Assembly: GCA_910583895.1 (NCBI GenBank)
Contig: CAJTYJ010000018.1
Span: 251-64,250, forward strand
Direction of reading: 5' to 3'
Length of the DNA: 64,000 bases
DNA from: an uncultured Lachnospiraceae bacterium
Lineage (GTDB): Bacteria; Bacillota; Clostridia; Lachnospirales; Lachnospiraceae
Made by a program: the position numbers and the translations under genes. Below, piece by piece: positions 28,747 through 38,672 of this stretch; within the stretch, counting starts at the first letter, position 1; every line of letters starts with the position of its first letter. The notes beneath the pieces are model-generated. The model was not told the origin of the DNA, made no database searches, and saw only the letters and a list, made by a program, of their open reading frames with translations.

Positions 28747-29463
28747 TCAGCTTTTGGCCTTTCCAAGATAGGCGGCCTTCACTTCTTCATTCTCCGCCAG
28801 TTCCTTGCCGGTTCCGCTTAAGGTGATCTGACCAGTCTCCATGACATAGCCAAGATCTGCCGCCTTCAGCGCCATGTTGGCGTTTTGTTCCACCAGAAGA
28901 ATCGTCACGCCCTGCTTGTTGATCTCCCGGATGATGTCAAAGACGCCCTGAACGATGATCGGTGCCAGCCCAAGAGATGGCTCATCCATCATGATCAGTT
29001 CCGGTCTGGACATCAGTGCCCGGCCAATGGCCAGCATCTGCTGTTCACCGCCGGACAGCGTCCCTGCAAGCTGCCAGGAACGCTCTTTTAAGCGGGGAAA
29101 CAGGTCATGGACCCAGTTCAGGTCCTCTTCCAGCGAATCTTTTCTCATGTATGCACCGATCTTCAGATTCTCCAGAACCGTCAGATCCGAGAAAACTCTG
29201 CGGCCTTCCGGTACCAGGGTGATGCCTTTGGGGACGATCTGATCCGTAGGCAGCCCTGCAAGCTCCGTCTCCTTAAACTGGATGCTTCCGCCTTCCGGCC
29301 GTACCAGTCCTACGATAGAACGTAAGGTAGAGCTTTTTCCTGCACCATTGGCTCCAATCAGTGTCACCACCTGTCCTTTTGGTACATGAAAGCTGATCTC
29401 CTTGACCGCCTTGATTCCCCCATAGGATACATTCAGATTGTTTACTTCCAGAATATTACTCAT
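28747..29463 (-). CDS. livF: Branched-chain amino acid ABC transporter ATP-binding protein
   Basis: Start trimmed to MSNILEVNNL. Walker A GANGAGKSS, signature LSGGEQQ, Walker B LIMMDEPS. Overlaps livG by 8 nt. Confidence 0.9.
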   Translation of the reverse strand: MSNILEVNNLNVSYGGIKAVKEISFHVPKGQVVTLIGANGAGKSSTLRSIVGLVRPEGGSIQFKETELAGLPTDQIVPKGITLVPEGRRVFSDLTVLENLKIGAYMRKDSLEEDLNWVHDLFPRLKERSWQLAGTLSGGEQQMLAIGRALMSRPELIMMDEPSLGLAPIIVQGVFDIIREINKQGVTILLVEQNANMALKAADLGYVMETGQITLSGTGKELAENEEVKAAYLGKAKS

Positions 29464-30307
29464 CCTGCGCACCTCCCAGATATGCTTCGATGACCCGCGG
29501 ATTGTTGCGGATCTCTTCCGGTACGCCCTCCGCGATGGGCTTTCCAAAGTCCAGCACATAGATCCGGTCGGAAATCTCCATCACCAGATCCATATGGTGC
29601 TCAATCATAAAGATTGTCAGCCCGAACTCATCCCGGATCCTGTCGATGAACTGAGTCAGCTCCAATGTCTCCTGCGGATTCATGCCTGCTGCGGGCTCAT
29701 CTAACAGCAGCAGTTCCGGCTTGGTGGCCAGTGCACGGGCAATTTCCAGATGCCTCTGTTTTCCATAAGGAAGAGAGGTGGACAGCTCATTGCGCACATC
29801 TTCCAGATCCATGATCTTCAGAAGCTTCTCTGCTTCTTCTTGCATCTGGTTCTCTTCCTTTGCATTCAGCCGGAAAGTAGCCGTGAAGACATTGCTGGTG
29901 CGCAGCATATGCTTGGCGATCAGAATGTTCTCAAAGACCGTCTGACTCTTGAACAGCCGGATGTTCTGAAACGTCCTGGCAATCCCAAGGCGCGTGATTT
30001 TATCCGGTGTGGGTGCCAGTACATGCTGTCCTGTATACTGATTCGCATTTTCGCCCCGGTAAAGCTTCTTCATCTTGCCCTGGGGGAAATTCTGGATGAT
30101 CATTTTATCTTTATAATAGACTGCTCCGTTGGTGGGCGCATACACACCGGTGATCACGTTGAAAGCGGTGGTCTTGCCGGCGCCGTTAGGGCCGATTAAG
30201 GATACGATCTCCCCTTTGTTGACCTCCAGATTCATGTTGTCCACAGCGATGACGCCGCCAAACTGCATGGTCACATTCTCTACTTTCAGGACATGCTCTT
30301 TACTCAT
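29456..30307 (-). CDS. livG: Branched-chain amino acid ABC transporter ATP-binding protein
   Basis: Start trimmed to MSKEHVLKVENV. Walker A GPNGAGKTT, a LivG-type insertion, signature LPYGKQR, Walker B LLLLDEPAAG. Confidence 0.9.
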   Translation of the reverse strand: MSKEHVLKVENVTMQFGGVIAVDNMNLEVNKGEIVSLIGPNGAGKTTAFNVITGVYAPTNGAVYYKDKMIIQNFPQGKMKKLYRGENANQYTGQHVLAPTPDKITRLGIARTFQNIRLFKSQTVFENILIAKHMLRTSNVFTATFRLNAKEENQMQEEAEKLLKIMDLEDVRNELSTSLPYGKQRHLEIARALATKPELLLLDEPAAGMNPQETLELTQFIDRIRDEFGLTIFMIEHHMDLVMEISDRIYVLDFGKPIAEGVPEEIRNNPRVIEAYLGGAQDE

Positions 30308-31388
30308 GGGAGCCACCTCCCTCTGCTGTTTTTTTTCTGCCAAATTTATTTTTGAAGAAATTCGCGATTCCTTCCACGGAAAATTCCCGGGTGCCCATAA
30401 TTCCCTGCCGGTAGAACAGCACCATCAGCATGATGACCACCGCAAATACAACCTTCCGGAAACCAGGACGCAGAAGCGGAACATGAAAACCGCCGATGTA
30501 CAGATTCTCATTGTCCAGAAAACGAAGCCACCACTCGGAACAGGCAATGAACAAAAAGGAACTGATACAGCTTCCGGTCACAGAACCGATCCCGCCGATG
30601 ACTACAATCAGAAGGATTTCATAGGTCATGGCCGACTTAAACATGGATGCCTGAATCGTTGTCTGATACATGGCGAGCAGTCCGCCGGACACACCTGCAA
30701 AAAAGGAGCTGATCACAAAGGCCAGACGCTTGTGATGGGCCAGATTGATCCCCATGGCCTCCGCCGCAATCTCGTCATCCCGAATGGCCTTAAAAGCTCT
30801 GCCGTAAGTGGAATTGATCAGCATGACAATAAGCGCAATGCAGATTCCGGATACGATAAAAGGATAGAGCACCGATTTAAACGACGGAAAACTTCTCAAA
30901 AGATTGGAGCCGTTGGTCACCGGTCCCAGTTTATCCCACTGGAACACGGCTCTTATGATTTCTGCAAATCCCAGAGTTGCAATCGCCAGATAGTCACTCT
31001 TCAGGCGAAGCACCGGAAGTCCGATCAGATAGGCAAACACGGCCGCCAGAATGCCCCCTGCGATCAGCGCCACCGGAACCGGCACTGTGAACTGGACAAT
31101 TCCGCCGTCAAAGTACTGATAGACACTTCCTCTGGATTCCACCGGAATCGTCAGGATCGCATAGGCATAGGCCCCAAGCAGCATAAATCCGGCCTGACCC
31201 AGAGAAAAAAGTCCGGTAAAACCGTTTAACAGGTTCATGGATACGGCCACCAGCGCATAGATGGCGCCCTTTTTCAGTACCGTGAAAAACATAGAACCGG
31301 AAGGCAGGATCTGCTCCAAGATAAAAAGCGTTGCCAGAAGCGCCACAATCAGCCCGGCGTTCCATATCATTTTTGTATTTTTATTCAT
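30300..31388 (-). CDS. livM: Branched-chain amino acid ABC transporter permease
   Basis: 362-aa polytopic membrane protein at the LivM position, with the motif GQAGFMLLGAY. Confidence 0.85.
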   Translation of the reverse strand: MNKNTKMIWNAGLIVALLATLFILEQILPSGSMFFTVLKKGAIYALVAVSMNLLNGFTGLFSLGQAGFMLLGAYAYAILTIPVESRGSVYQYFDGGIVQFTVPVPVALIAGGILAAVFAYLIGLPVLRLKSDYLAIATLGFAEIIRAVFQWDKLGPVTNGSNLLRSFPSFKSVLYPFIVSGICIALIVMLINSTYGRAFKAIRDDEIAAEAMGINLAHHKRLAFVISSFFAGVSGGLLAMYQTTIQASMFKSAMTYEILLIVVIGGIGSVTGSCISSFLFIACSEWWLRFLDNENLYIGGFHVPLLRPGFRKVVFAVVIMLMVLFYRQGIMGTREFSVEGIANFFKNKFGRKKTAEGGGSHE

Positions 31389-31402
31389 GATAAACGCCCC
31401 CT

Positions 31403-32287
31403 TTACACTTTATCCGTTGCTTTTTCGCCAAAGAGTCCGGTCGGTTTGGCGATCAGAATCACGATCAGAAGTGCGAAGGTGAACGCATCCGAGAAGGTGG
31501 TCCATCCAAGCCCTTTGATAATATTTTCACAGATACCGATGATAAATGCACCGATCACCGCGCCGGGAATGGAACCAATCCCGCCGAACACTGCGGCAAC
31601 GAATGCCTTCAGACCCGGCATGGCTCCGGCAGTCGGAGTCACTCCGGTGTAGTTGGTAAAGAACAAAAGGCTGCCAATGGCGGCCAGAAACGTACCGATG
31701 ATAAAAGTCATACTGATCACGGAGTTGATCTTGATCCCCATCAGCTGGGAAGTCTCAAAATCTCTTGATGCCGCACGCATGGCCATGCCAATCTTTGTCT
31801 TTTTAATCAGAAGCACCAGAGCCACCACCAGGATGATGGTCAGAACCGGTGTGATCAAAGTCACCCGCTTGGTGGTTGCCCCGAGTATCGTCACGGTGTC
31901 ACTGATCCAGGGAATCGTGGGATACTGCTGGGAAAGTCCGCCGGTCACGTACAGCGCCATATTCTGCAGCAGATAGGAAACACCGATTGCCGAGATCATA
32001 ATCGACATACGGGGGGCGCTCCGAAGGGGCTTATACGCCACACGCTCCACCAGAAAGCCCAGGAAAACAGTTACCACGATCATAAATGGGATCGCTATGT
32101 AGATCGGCATCGCGGTGACCGCATAGACCATAAGCAGTCCGGCCACCATAAAGATATCGCCATGGGCAAAATTGATCAGCCTCAGAATACCATAGACCAT
32201 GGTATATCCGATGGCGATCAGGGCATACTGCCCTCCCACAGAAACACCTGCCATCAGATAAGGCAGGTTTCTCGTAATCCATTCCAT
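31403..32287 (-). CDS. livH: Branched-chain amino acid ABC transporter permease
   Basis: Start trimmed to MEWITRNLPYL, with GGAGG upstream. Contains GGQYALIAIGYTMVYGILRLINFAHGD, typical of LivH. Confidence 0.85.
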   Translation of the reverse strand: MEWITRNLPYLMAGVSVGGQYALIAIGYTMVYGILRLINFAHGDIFMVAGLLMVYAVTAMPIYIAIPFMIVVTVFLGFLVERVAYKPLRSAPRMSIMISAIGVSYLLQNMALYVTGGLSQQYPTIPWISDTVTILGATTKRVTLITPVLTIILVVALVLLIKKTKIGMAMRAASRDFETSQLMGIKINSVISMTFIIGTFLAAIGSLLFFTNYTGVTPTAGAMPGLKAFVAAVFGGIGSIPGAVIGAFIIGICENIIKGLGWTTFSDAFTFALLIVILIAKPTGLFGEKATDKV

Positions 32288-32416
32288 AAAAAACCTCCGA
32301 ATTGTTGTTAGACAGATAAAAAACGCACAATTGCCGGTCCAAGAGAAACACCGGCTAAACATATATGGCGGGAGCCATAAGAGCTCCCGCCATCAAAAAA
32401 CTCATCAATTCCGCTC

Positions 32417-33664
32417 TTAGTTGACTCCCTGCTCAGCCACAAAATCCCATGCACCGCTTTCGGTGTTGGCACATTTTACATAAGCAGTGTCACGAAGTGC
32501 ATCTCCGTTCACCTCGTCAAATGCGATATTTCCGGATACACCGGTGTAGGTAACTTTCCAGAGTGCCTCGTTGACGGCTGCTGCATCCGTGCTGCCGGCC
32601 GCTTTCAAAGCCTCAAGCGCCACATAATACGCATCATAACCCATGGCAGATACTGCAGAAATGGTATCGTCTCCGCCGTTGTTTGCCTTTGCGGTGGAAT
32701 CGCCGTTTAAGTACTCTTTGAATCCGTTATCGAAGTCTGCGTTGCCGCCCTCCTGATAGAAGGTCGTTACGTAGATCTGGACATCCTTGCCTTTTGCCGC
32801 ATTCAGGATGACGTTGGAATCCCAGGTGTCGCCTGCCATCATGGGGATGGTCATGCCCTGAGCCGCCGCCTGCTCGATGATCAGCGCTGCCGCCTCGGTG
32901 GAAACCGGAGCGAAGAAGACTTCTGCACCTTCATTCTTTGCGGAGGTAATGTAAGAGGTAAAGTCGCTGTTACCTTCCTGGAACACATCCTCTTTCACCT
33001 CACCGCCAAGTCCGGTGAATGCTTCCTTGAAGTAATGGCCAAGACCGGTGGAGTAATCATCCCCCTGCTTGGTCAGGATATAAGCTTTCTTTGCAGAGAA
33101 GTTCTCGCTTGCAAAGTTCGCCAGTACCGTACCCTGGAACGGATCCAGGAAACAGATCCGGAAGTAATGGGTATTGCCTTCTGTAACCTGCGGATTTGTA
33201 CAGGTAACGCCGATGGCCGGAATGCCTGCCTCTTTGAACACGTCAGAACCTGCGATGGATACGCCGGAACCATAAGAACCAAGTACCACAGATACGCCGG
33301 AACCTACCAGAGAAGATGCCGCCGACGGTCCTTTGTCGTTGGAGGACTCATTGTCCACGATCTCCAGCTGTACTGCATACTCCTCGCCGCCGATCTCAAC
33401 GGTCGGAGTTTCTTTGTTTGCATACTGCATGCCAAGCACTTCCTGCTTGCCGCCTGCACCATTGTCACCGGATGCGGGCTCATAGACGCCAATCTTTACG
33501 ACCTTGGAACCGCCTTCTGCCGCATCTGCAGCCGGAGCCTCTGCCTCTGTGCCGGTGCTTTCACCGGAAGCACCGTTTGTGTCTCCGCCGCTTCCGCCAC
33601 AGCCTGTCAGCATTGTGCCGGCCATAGCAGCAACGAGTGCCATTGCTAATACACGTTTTTTCAT
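32417..33664 (-). CDS. Branched-chain amino acid ABC transporter substrate-binding lipoprotein (LivJ/K-like)
   Basis: Start trimmed to MKKRVLAMALVAAMAGTMLTGCGG (lipobox), with AGGAGGAAAG upstream. Type-I periplasmic binding fold. The longer 513-aa ORF would overlap xpt. Confidence 0.85.
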   Translation of the reverse strand: MKKRVLAMALVAAMAGTMLTGCGGSGGDTNGASGESTGTEAEAPAADAAEGGSKVVKIGVYEPASGDNGAGGKQEVLGMQYANKETPTVEIGGEEYAVQLEIVDNESSNDKGPSAASSLVGSGVSVVLGSYGSGVSIAGSDVFKEAGIPAIGVTCTNPQVTEGNTHYFRICFLDPFQGTVLANFASENFSAKKAYILTKQGDDYSTGLGHYFKEAFTGLGGEVKEDVFQEGNSDFTSYITSAKNEGAEVFFAPVSTEAAALIIEQAAAQGMTIPMMAGDTWDSNVILNAAKGKDVQIYVTTFYQEGGNADFDNGFKEYLNGDSTAKANNGGDDTISAVSAMGYDAYYVALEALKAAGSTDAAAVNEALWKVTYTGVSGNIAFDEVNGDALRDTAYVKCANTESGAWDFVAEQGVN

Positions 33665-33730
33665 TTCTGTCTTTCCTCCTGTATGTACGCCTGTCAAAGA
33701 CATTTGTACGCTTATTTCAATACGGGGTTT

Positions 33731-33759
33731 AGTATAGCATGTTTGAAGAAATAATGCAA
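33731..33759 (-). promoter_or_regulatory. Candidate sigma-A promoter of the liv operon
   Basis: The minus strand reads TTGCAT-17 nt-TATACT, about 65 nt upstream of the SBP start codon. Confidence 0.4.
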
Positions 33760-33836
33760 GAAAAAATCTGTGGAACCAGCAGAAAAACAGACAGAACAGC
33801 TTCAGAGGAAGCATCGTCTGCCTGCTTTTCCTGCGA

Positions 33837-34418
33837 TCAATTATGACGGAATATGATCTTGCCGGTTTTGTCATCCATGCTTTCGATGACAGCCAAAGAC
33901 TCCACCAGATATCCTTTCTCCCGAAGCAGCTTTCCGCCCATCTGTCCTGCTTTTTCAATGGCGATGCCGATGCCTTCTACCACCGCATCTGCACTCTCGA
34001 TCAGAGAAATCAGTCCATTCACCGCACACCCGTTGGCGAGAAAGTCGTCAATGATCAAAATATGATCTTCCGGGCCCAGATATTTTTTGGAGACAATCAC
34101 GTCATAGACCCGTTTGTGGGTGAAAGATTCAATCTTGGTGCTGTACACCTCGCCGTCGATATTGATGCTTTGCGCTTTTTTTGCAAATACTACTGATACT
34201 TGAAAATACTGCGCCACAATGCAGGCAATCCCGATGCCGGAGGCTTCGATGGTCAGAATCTTGTTCACCGGCCGGTCTGCAAACAGCCGCTTAAACTCTT
34301 TTCCCATCTCATTAAAAAGCGCAATATCCATCTGATGATTCAGAAAATTATCCACTTTCAGCACGTTGCCCTTTTTGACGATCCCGTCCTGCTGGATCCG
34401 CTTCTCTAATAGTTCCAT
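33837..34418 (-). CDS. xpt: Xanthine phosphoribosyltransferase
   Basis: 193 aa. [31 protein letters not shown] and the PRPP motif [11 protein letters not shown]. Confidence 0.9.
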   Translation of the reverse strand: MELLEKRIQQDGIVKKGNVLKVDNFLNHQMDIALFNEMGKEFKRLFADRPVNKILTIEASGIGIACIVAQYFQVSVVFAKKAQSINIDGEVYSTKIESFTHKRVYDVIVSKKYLGPEDHILIIDDFLANGCAVNGLISLIESADAVVEGIGIAIEKAGQMGGKLLREKGYLVESLAVIESMDDKTGKIIFRHN

Positions 34419-34468
34419 ATACTGCCCCGCTCTCTTCTGTATTTTTTATAATCTTAACACCGGCCGCG

Positions 34469-34732
34469 TCATTCGTAAAGTCCAAGTTTGGAAAGCTGCA
34501 CAGAAATATCCTCTTCGGTCACCGCTTCCACGATCTGCTCCGCCGTCACATCGCAGAAACTGCTTCCGGTCATGCTAAGATAGGCAAATCCCGCAAACAA
34601 AAACAGACTGATTGTAAATTTCAGCTTGAAAAAGGCAAGCGAACCCGAAGGCACTGCTTCTTCCTGCGTCGGCGTCCCATAAGGCCTGCCTCCATAAGTC
34701 TCTTTTAACAATTGTTCCCGATAAGCACCCAT
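34469..34732 (-). CDS. Small hypothetical membrane protein
   Basis: 87 aa. GGGAGG lies 10 nt upstream. One TM helix (ISLFLFAGFAYLSM). Confidence 0.45.
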   Translation of the reverse strand: MGAYREQLLKETYGGRPYGTPTQEEAVPSGSLAFFKLKFTISLFLFAGFAYLSMTGSSFCDVTAEQIVEAVTEEDISVQLSKLGLYE

Positions 34733-34801
34733 GATACCGGTTCCTCCCAGTGATCCTGTCTCTTACTGGAATTGTATGAGACTTTTCTGAAATCATGCTC
34801 A

Positions 34802-36043
34802 CTATCGGTTGGCCAGTTCTGCTGTAATGTCTTCCCAGGTCACTCCCCGCTCGGCCATCAGCACCATGGCATGATAGAGAAAATCTGACAGTTCATATTT
34901 GATTTCCTCCGGATCCGGATTTTTGGCTGCAATCACCAGTTCGGTGGCTTCCTCTCCCACTTTTTTCAGGATCTTGTCAATGCCTTTGTCAAACAGATAA
35001 TTGGTATAGGAGCCTTCCTTTGGATGAAGTTTGCGGTCCAGGATTACCTGATAGACCTTCTCGAAAACATGCAGAGGATTGGTGTCATCGTAATCTTTTT
35101 TCACCATGTTCCGGTAAAAACAAGTCCGGTTGCCGGTGTGGCAGGCCGGTCCCACCTGGCTGACTTTCGCAAGGATCGTATCGTTGTCGCAGTCCACCAC
35201 CAGCGCTTTTACATACTGAAAATGACCGCTGGTCATCCCTTTGGTCCAAAGTTCGCTGCGGCTGCGGCTCCAGTAAGTCATCTTCCCGGTCTGCAGCGTT
35301 GTGTCAAAGGCTTCTTCGTTCATATAGGCCAGCATGAGCACTTCCGATGTCTGGTAATCCTGTACCACCACAGGGATCAGGCCGTCTCTGGCCGGTTTTA
35401 AATCTTCCCAGGCAAAACTGCTTTCCAGAACATTCATGCGAAGGCCTCTGGCCGCTGCCTTCCCTTTCAGATCCATAAAATCGGCAGCCTCCGAGGAAAA
35501 ATACGCAGAAGCAATACCGGTAAAACATTTATTGGACAGCACTTCAATGACTGCATCGTCCGATGCCGCCGGGCTTAAACTGATCACCGGCAGCTCGCCC
35601 TGATAGGGGCAGCGGCGGTCGGAGCCGGACCAGAGCAGAAGACTCCCCCACTCCTCTAAGGTACGGGATAACTGGGACTCATCGGACAGGCTGAATGCGA
35701 TCTTTTCTCTCCCAAAACGTCCGGATACTTCTTCTGCCATTTCCACATTGCTCTCCCGGCCAAAATTCAGGACCGCCTTGCTGCATCCGGCATAGAGGAT
35801 TTTTTTCACATCCTCCACCCGGCGGATATGTCCCCCTGCGTAGACCGGAATCTCTGCCGCCCGGCAGATCTCTTTCATGGCTTTGATATTCTCTTCATGT
35901 TCTTCGTCTGTGTCCGACAGATCAAAGATCAGGATACCATCCGCACCATTGTCACTGTAAAATCTTGCAAGCGCTGCACCGTCCTGCCCGCCCACAGTTT
36001 TGCCCTTCAGGGGCATTACTGGAAACAGATATTTTCTTTTCAT
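34802..36043 (-). CDS. hisIE: HisF-like (degenerate) domain fused to bifunctional phosphoribosyl-AMP cyclohydrolase / phosphoribosyl-ATP diphosphatase
   Basis: 413 aa. Residues ~1-200 resemble the HisA/HisF barrel ([25 protein letters not shown]). Residues ~215-315 are HisI ([20 protein letters not shown]...CDNDT...GPACHTG). The C-terminus is HisE ([12 protein letters not shown]...SDFLYH). Confidence 0.85.
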   Translation of the reverse strand: MKRKYLFPVMPLKGKTVGGQDGAALARFYSDNGADGILIFDLSDTDEEHEENIKAMKEICRAAEIPVYAGGHIRRVEDVKKILYAGCSKAVLNFGRESNVEMAEEVSGRFGREKIAFSLSDESQLSRTLEEWGSLLLWSGSDRRCPYQGELPVISLSPAASDDAVIEVLSNKCFTGIASAYFSSEAADFMDLKGKAAARGLRMNVLESSFAWEDLKPARDGLIPVVVQDYQTSEVLMLAYMNEEAFDTTLQTGKMTYWSRSRSELWTKGMTSGHFQYVKALVVDCDNDTILAKVSQVGPACHTGNRTCFYRNMVKKDYDDTNPLHVFEKVYQVILDRKLHPKEGSYTNYLFDKGIDKILKKVGEEATELVIAAKNPDPEEIKYELSDFLYHAMVLMAERGVTWEDITAELANR

Positions 36044-36046
36044 TCC

Positions 36047-36634
36047 TTATAAACTGCCTTTCGTCGATAATACACCTGTGATCCGGTCTTCCCTGGATAC
36101 CGCCTGATCCAAAGCCTTGGCAAAGGCTTTGAACATGGCCTCACAGATATGATGCTGATTGCTGCCGGAGAATATTTTAAAATGCAGGTTCATCTGCCCG
36201 CTGTATGAGACTGCATAGAAAAACTCTTTTACCATCTCTGTGTCCAGATCTCCGATCCTGGGTACGGTAAATTCCGCATCCGATGCATAGTAAGGTCTTC
36301 CCGAAAGATCCACGGCACACAGTACCAGTGCCTCGTCCATAGGGAGGATGCAGCTTCCGTACCGGCGAATCCCTTTTTTGTCGCCGACTGCTTCCCTTAT
36401 GGCGCTGCCAAGAACGATCCCTGTGTCCTCCACCGTGTGATGGCAGTCCACCTGCAGGTCTCCGTCCACCCGGACGTTCAGATCAAAAAAACCGTGTCTT
36501 GCAAACCCTTCCAGCATATGATCAAAAAATCCGATCCCTGTGTTTAAGTCTGCCTGGCCGCTTCCGTCCAGATTCAGATCAAGCCGGATCCTTGTCTCCT
36601 TTGTGTCTCGCTTCATTGCCGCTGTTCTGTTCAT
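36047..36634 (-). CDS. hisB: Imidazoleglycerol-phosphate dehydratase
   Basis: 195 aa. Contains GIGFFDHML, DCHHTVEDTGI and NQHHICEA motifs. Confidence 0.92.
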   Translation of the reverse strand: MNRTAAMKRDTKETRIRLDLNLDGSGQADLNTGIGFFDHMLEGFARHGFFDLNVRVDGDLQVDCHHTVEDTGIVLGSAIREAVGDKKGIRRYGSCILPMDEALVLCAVDLSGRPYYASDAEFTVPRIGDLDTEMVKEFFYAVSYSGQMNLHFKIFSGSNQHHICEAMFKAFAKALDQAVSREDRITGVLSTKGSL

Positions 36635-36668
36635 GCTTTTTTTCTTCCTTCCGAATCAAATTCTATGT

Positions 36669-37964
36669 TTATTCCGCCTCAAACCGCACCCGGATGGAGT
36701 TGGCGTGAGCCGTCAGCTGTTCCTGTTCGGCAAAATATTCGATGTCTTTATGCACTTTCTGAAGGGCTTCTCTGGAATAGTAGATCACGCTGGACTTTTT
36801 CACAAAGTCGTCTACGGACACCGGAGAGAAAAAGCGGGCGGTTCCGTTGGTGGGCAGTATATGATTGGGTCCCGCAAAGTAATCCCCCAGAGGCTCACTG
36901 CTGTGTGCACCTAAAAAAATCGCTCCTGCATGCTTCACTTTCATCATGTCCTCGAAAGGATTCTCGGTCATGATCTCCAAGTGCTCCGAGGCGATCAGGT
37001 TCACTGTCTCGATCGCCGCCTCTTTTGTGCCCGCCACCAGAATATAGCCGTACTGATCCAGTGATTTCTGAATGATCTCTTTTCTTGATAAATTTTTCAC
37101 AAATCTGTCTGCTTCTTTGGATACCTTTCGGGCCAGTTCCCAGCTCGTTGTGATGAGAATCGCGCTGGCCAGCTCGTCATGCTCTGCCTGAGACAGAAGA
37201 TCCGCCGCCACATACCGGGGGTTGGCACTGTCATCCGCCAGCACCAGAATCTCGCTGGGACCGGCGATGGAGTCGATGCTCACATACCCGGACACCGCTT
37301 TCTTGGCAAGAGCCACGAAGATATTGCCGGGACCTGTGATTTTGTCCACCTTCGGCACGCTCTTCGTCCCAAAAGCCATGGCCGCTACCGCCTGGGCGCC
37401 GCCCATCTTATAGATCGCATCCACGCCGGATTCTTTGGCCGCCACAAGAACCGCCGGATTCACTTTCCCATCCCTGCCGCAGGGAGTCGCCATGATGATT
37501 TGCTCCACCCCTGCAATCCGCGCCGGCACAATGTTCATAAGAACCGAAGAAGGATAGACCGCCTTGCCCCCCGGCACGTATACCCCCGCCGCCTGCAAAG
37601 GCGTTACTTTCTGCCCCAGCATCGTGCCGTCCGGCGTCGTGTCAAACCATCCATACTGCTTCTGCTTCTCATGGTACGCCCGGATATTCAGAAGCGCCTT
37701 TTGGATTGTCTCCAAAAGCCGCGGATCAATCCGGTCATAAGCTTCCCGGATTTCCGCCTCCGTCACCTGAATGTTTGAAGCATCAATGCCCTCGCAGTCG
37801 AACTGGTTTGTGTACGCAAACAAAGCCTGGTCCCCTTCCGTCCGGACCCGCTCGACGATCTCCAAAACCGTTTCGTTATATTTTTCATAATTATTCGGAC
37901 TCCTCTTCAGCAGACCATCCAGAATTCCTTTTCTGGCTTCCTCATCCAATTCTACAATCCGCAT
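36669..37964 (-). CDS. hisD: Histidinol dehydrogenase
   Basis: 431 aa. Contains YVPGGKAVYPSSVLM, GPGNIFVA, LLSQAEHD and SEHLE motifs. Confidence 0.92.
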   Translation of the reverse strand: MRIVELDEEARKGILDGLLKRSPNNYEKYNETVLEIVERVRTEGDQALFAYTNQFDCEGIDASNIQVTEAEIREAYDRIDPRLLETIQKALLNIRAYHEKQKQYGWFDTTPDGTMLGQKVTPLQAAGVYVPGGKAVYPSSVLMNIVPARIAGVEQIIMATPCGRDGKVNPAVLVAAKESGVDAIYKMGGAQAVAAMAFGTKSVPKVDKITGPGNIFVALAKKAVSGYVSIDSIAGPSEILVLADDSANPRYVAADLLSQAEHDELASAILITTSWELARKVSKEADRFVKNLSRKEIIQKSLDQYGYILVAGTKEAAIETVNLIASEHLEIMTENPFEDMMKVKHAGAIFLGAHSSEPLGDYFAGPNHILPTNGTARFFSPVSVDDFVKKSSVIYYSREALQKVHKDIEYFAEQEQLTAHANSIRVRFEAE

Positions 37965-38027
37965 CTTAACCGCCCCTTTCTGTTCTCTGTCAAATGCCCG
38001 GTGGCGTCTGGCTCTTCATCACTTCCA

Positions 38028-38672
38028 TCACTCCATGCAAAGCACCGACTTCAGCTCCCCGATCAATTTTCCAATCCGCTCATTTTCCATCTTCATGCTT
38101 ACCTGGTTCACCACCATCCGCGCAGACAAAGGACACACCTCTTCTAACACTTTCAGTCCGTTCTCTTTGAGCGTCGATCCGGTCTCCACAATATCTACAA
38201 TAACCTCTGACAGCCCCACGATGGGTGCCAGCTCGATGGAACCGTTCAGCTTGATGATCTCCACGGTCTGATGCTTCTGATTATAGAAATATTCCTTTGC
38301 AATATGAGGATACTTGGTGGCCACCCGGATCAGTTCCTGATGCTTCAGAAGCTCTCTTGCCGGCTCCGGTCCGCACACACACATCCGGCATTTCCCGTAG
38401 CCCAGGTCCAGAACTTCATACATCCGCCGGCCCTCTTCCAGGATCGTATCCTTTCCCACGATCCCCACGTCAGCCGCCCCGTACTCCACATAGGTGGGCA
38501 CATCCGGCGCCTTGGCCAGGAAAAACCGCAGCTTCAGCTCCTCATTGACAAAGATCAGCTTTCTGGTCGCCGGATCTTCCATCTCCTTGCAGGTGATCCC
38601 GATCTGTTCAAACAGCTCCATGCTCTTTTTCGCCAGCCGTCCTTTGGCCAGGGCAAAGGTCAGATATCTCAT
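38028..38672 (-). CDS. hisG: ATP phosphoribosyltransferase, short form
   Basis: 214 aa. Contains [18 protein letters not shown] and [14 protein letters not shown]. Short form, consistent with the adjacent hisZ. Confidence 0.92.
   Translation of the reverse strand: MRYLTFALAKGRLAKKSMELFEQIGITCKEMEDPATRKLIFVNEELKLRFFLAKAPDVPTYVEYGAADVGIVGKDTILEEGRRMYEVLDLGYGKCRMCVCGPEPARELLKHQELIRVATKYPHIAKEYFYNQKHQTVEIIKLNGSIELAPIVGLSEVIVDIVETGSTLKENGLKVLEEVCPLSARMVVNQVSMKMENERIGKLIGELKSVLCME

Noticed and set aside
30129-31229. A 366-aa plus-strand ORF antisense to livG and livM.
   Set aside because: It is a shadow ORF spanning a gene boundary on the opposite strand, and its composition is not protein-like.
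33665-33958. The long N-terminal extension of the liv substrate-binding protein ORF (513 aa). Similar extensions occur on the MATE, livH, livF, YyaL and amidohydrolase ORFs.
   Set aside because: In each case an internal ATG with a strong RBS starts the recognisable protein (signal peptide or conserved N-terminus). The extensions overlap neighbouring genes or intergenic signals.
34419-34560. A purine (guanine/xanthine) riboswitch upstream of xpt.
   Set aside because: Only about 50 nt separate xpt from the preceding ORF. Neither that stretch nor the adjacent 100 nt contains the conserved purine-riboswitch loops (…UAUAAU…GGAUAUGG…CCGUAAA… type).
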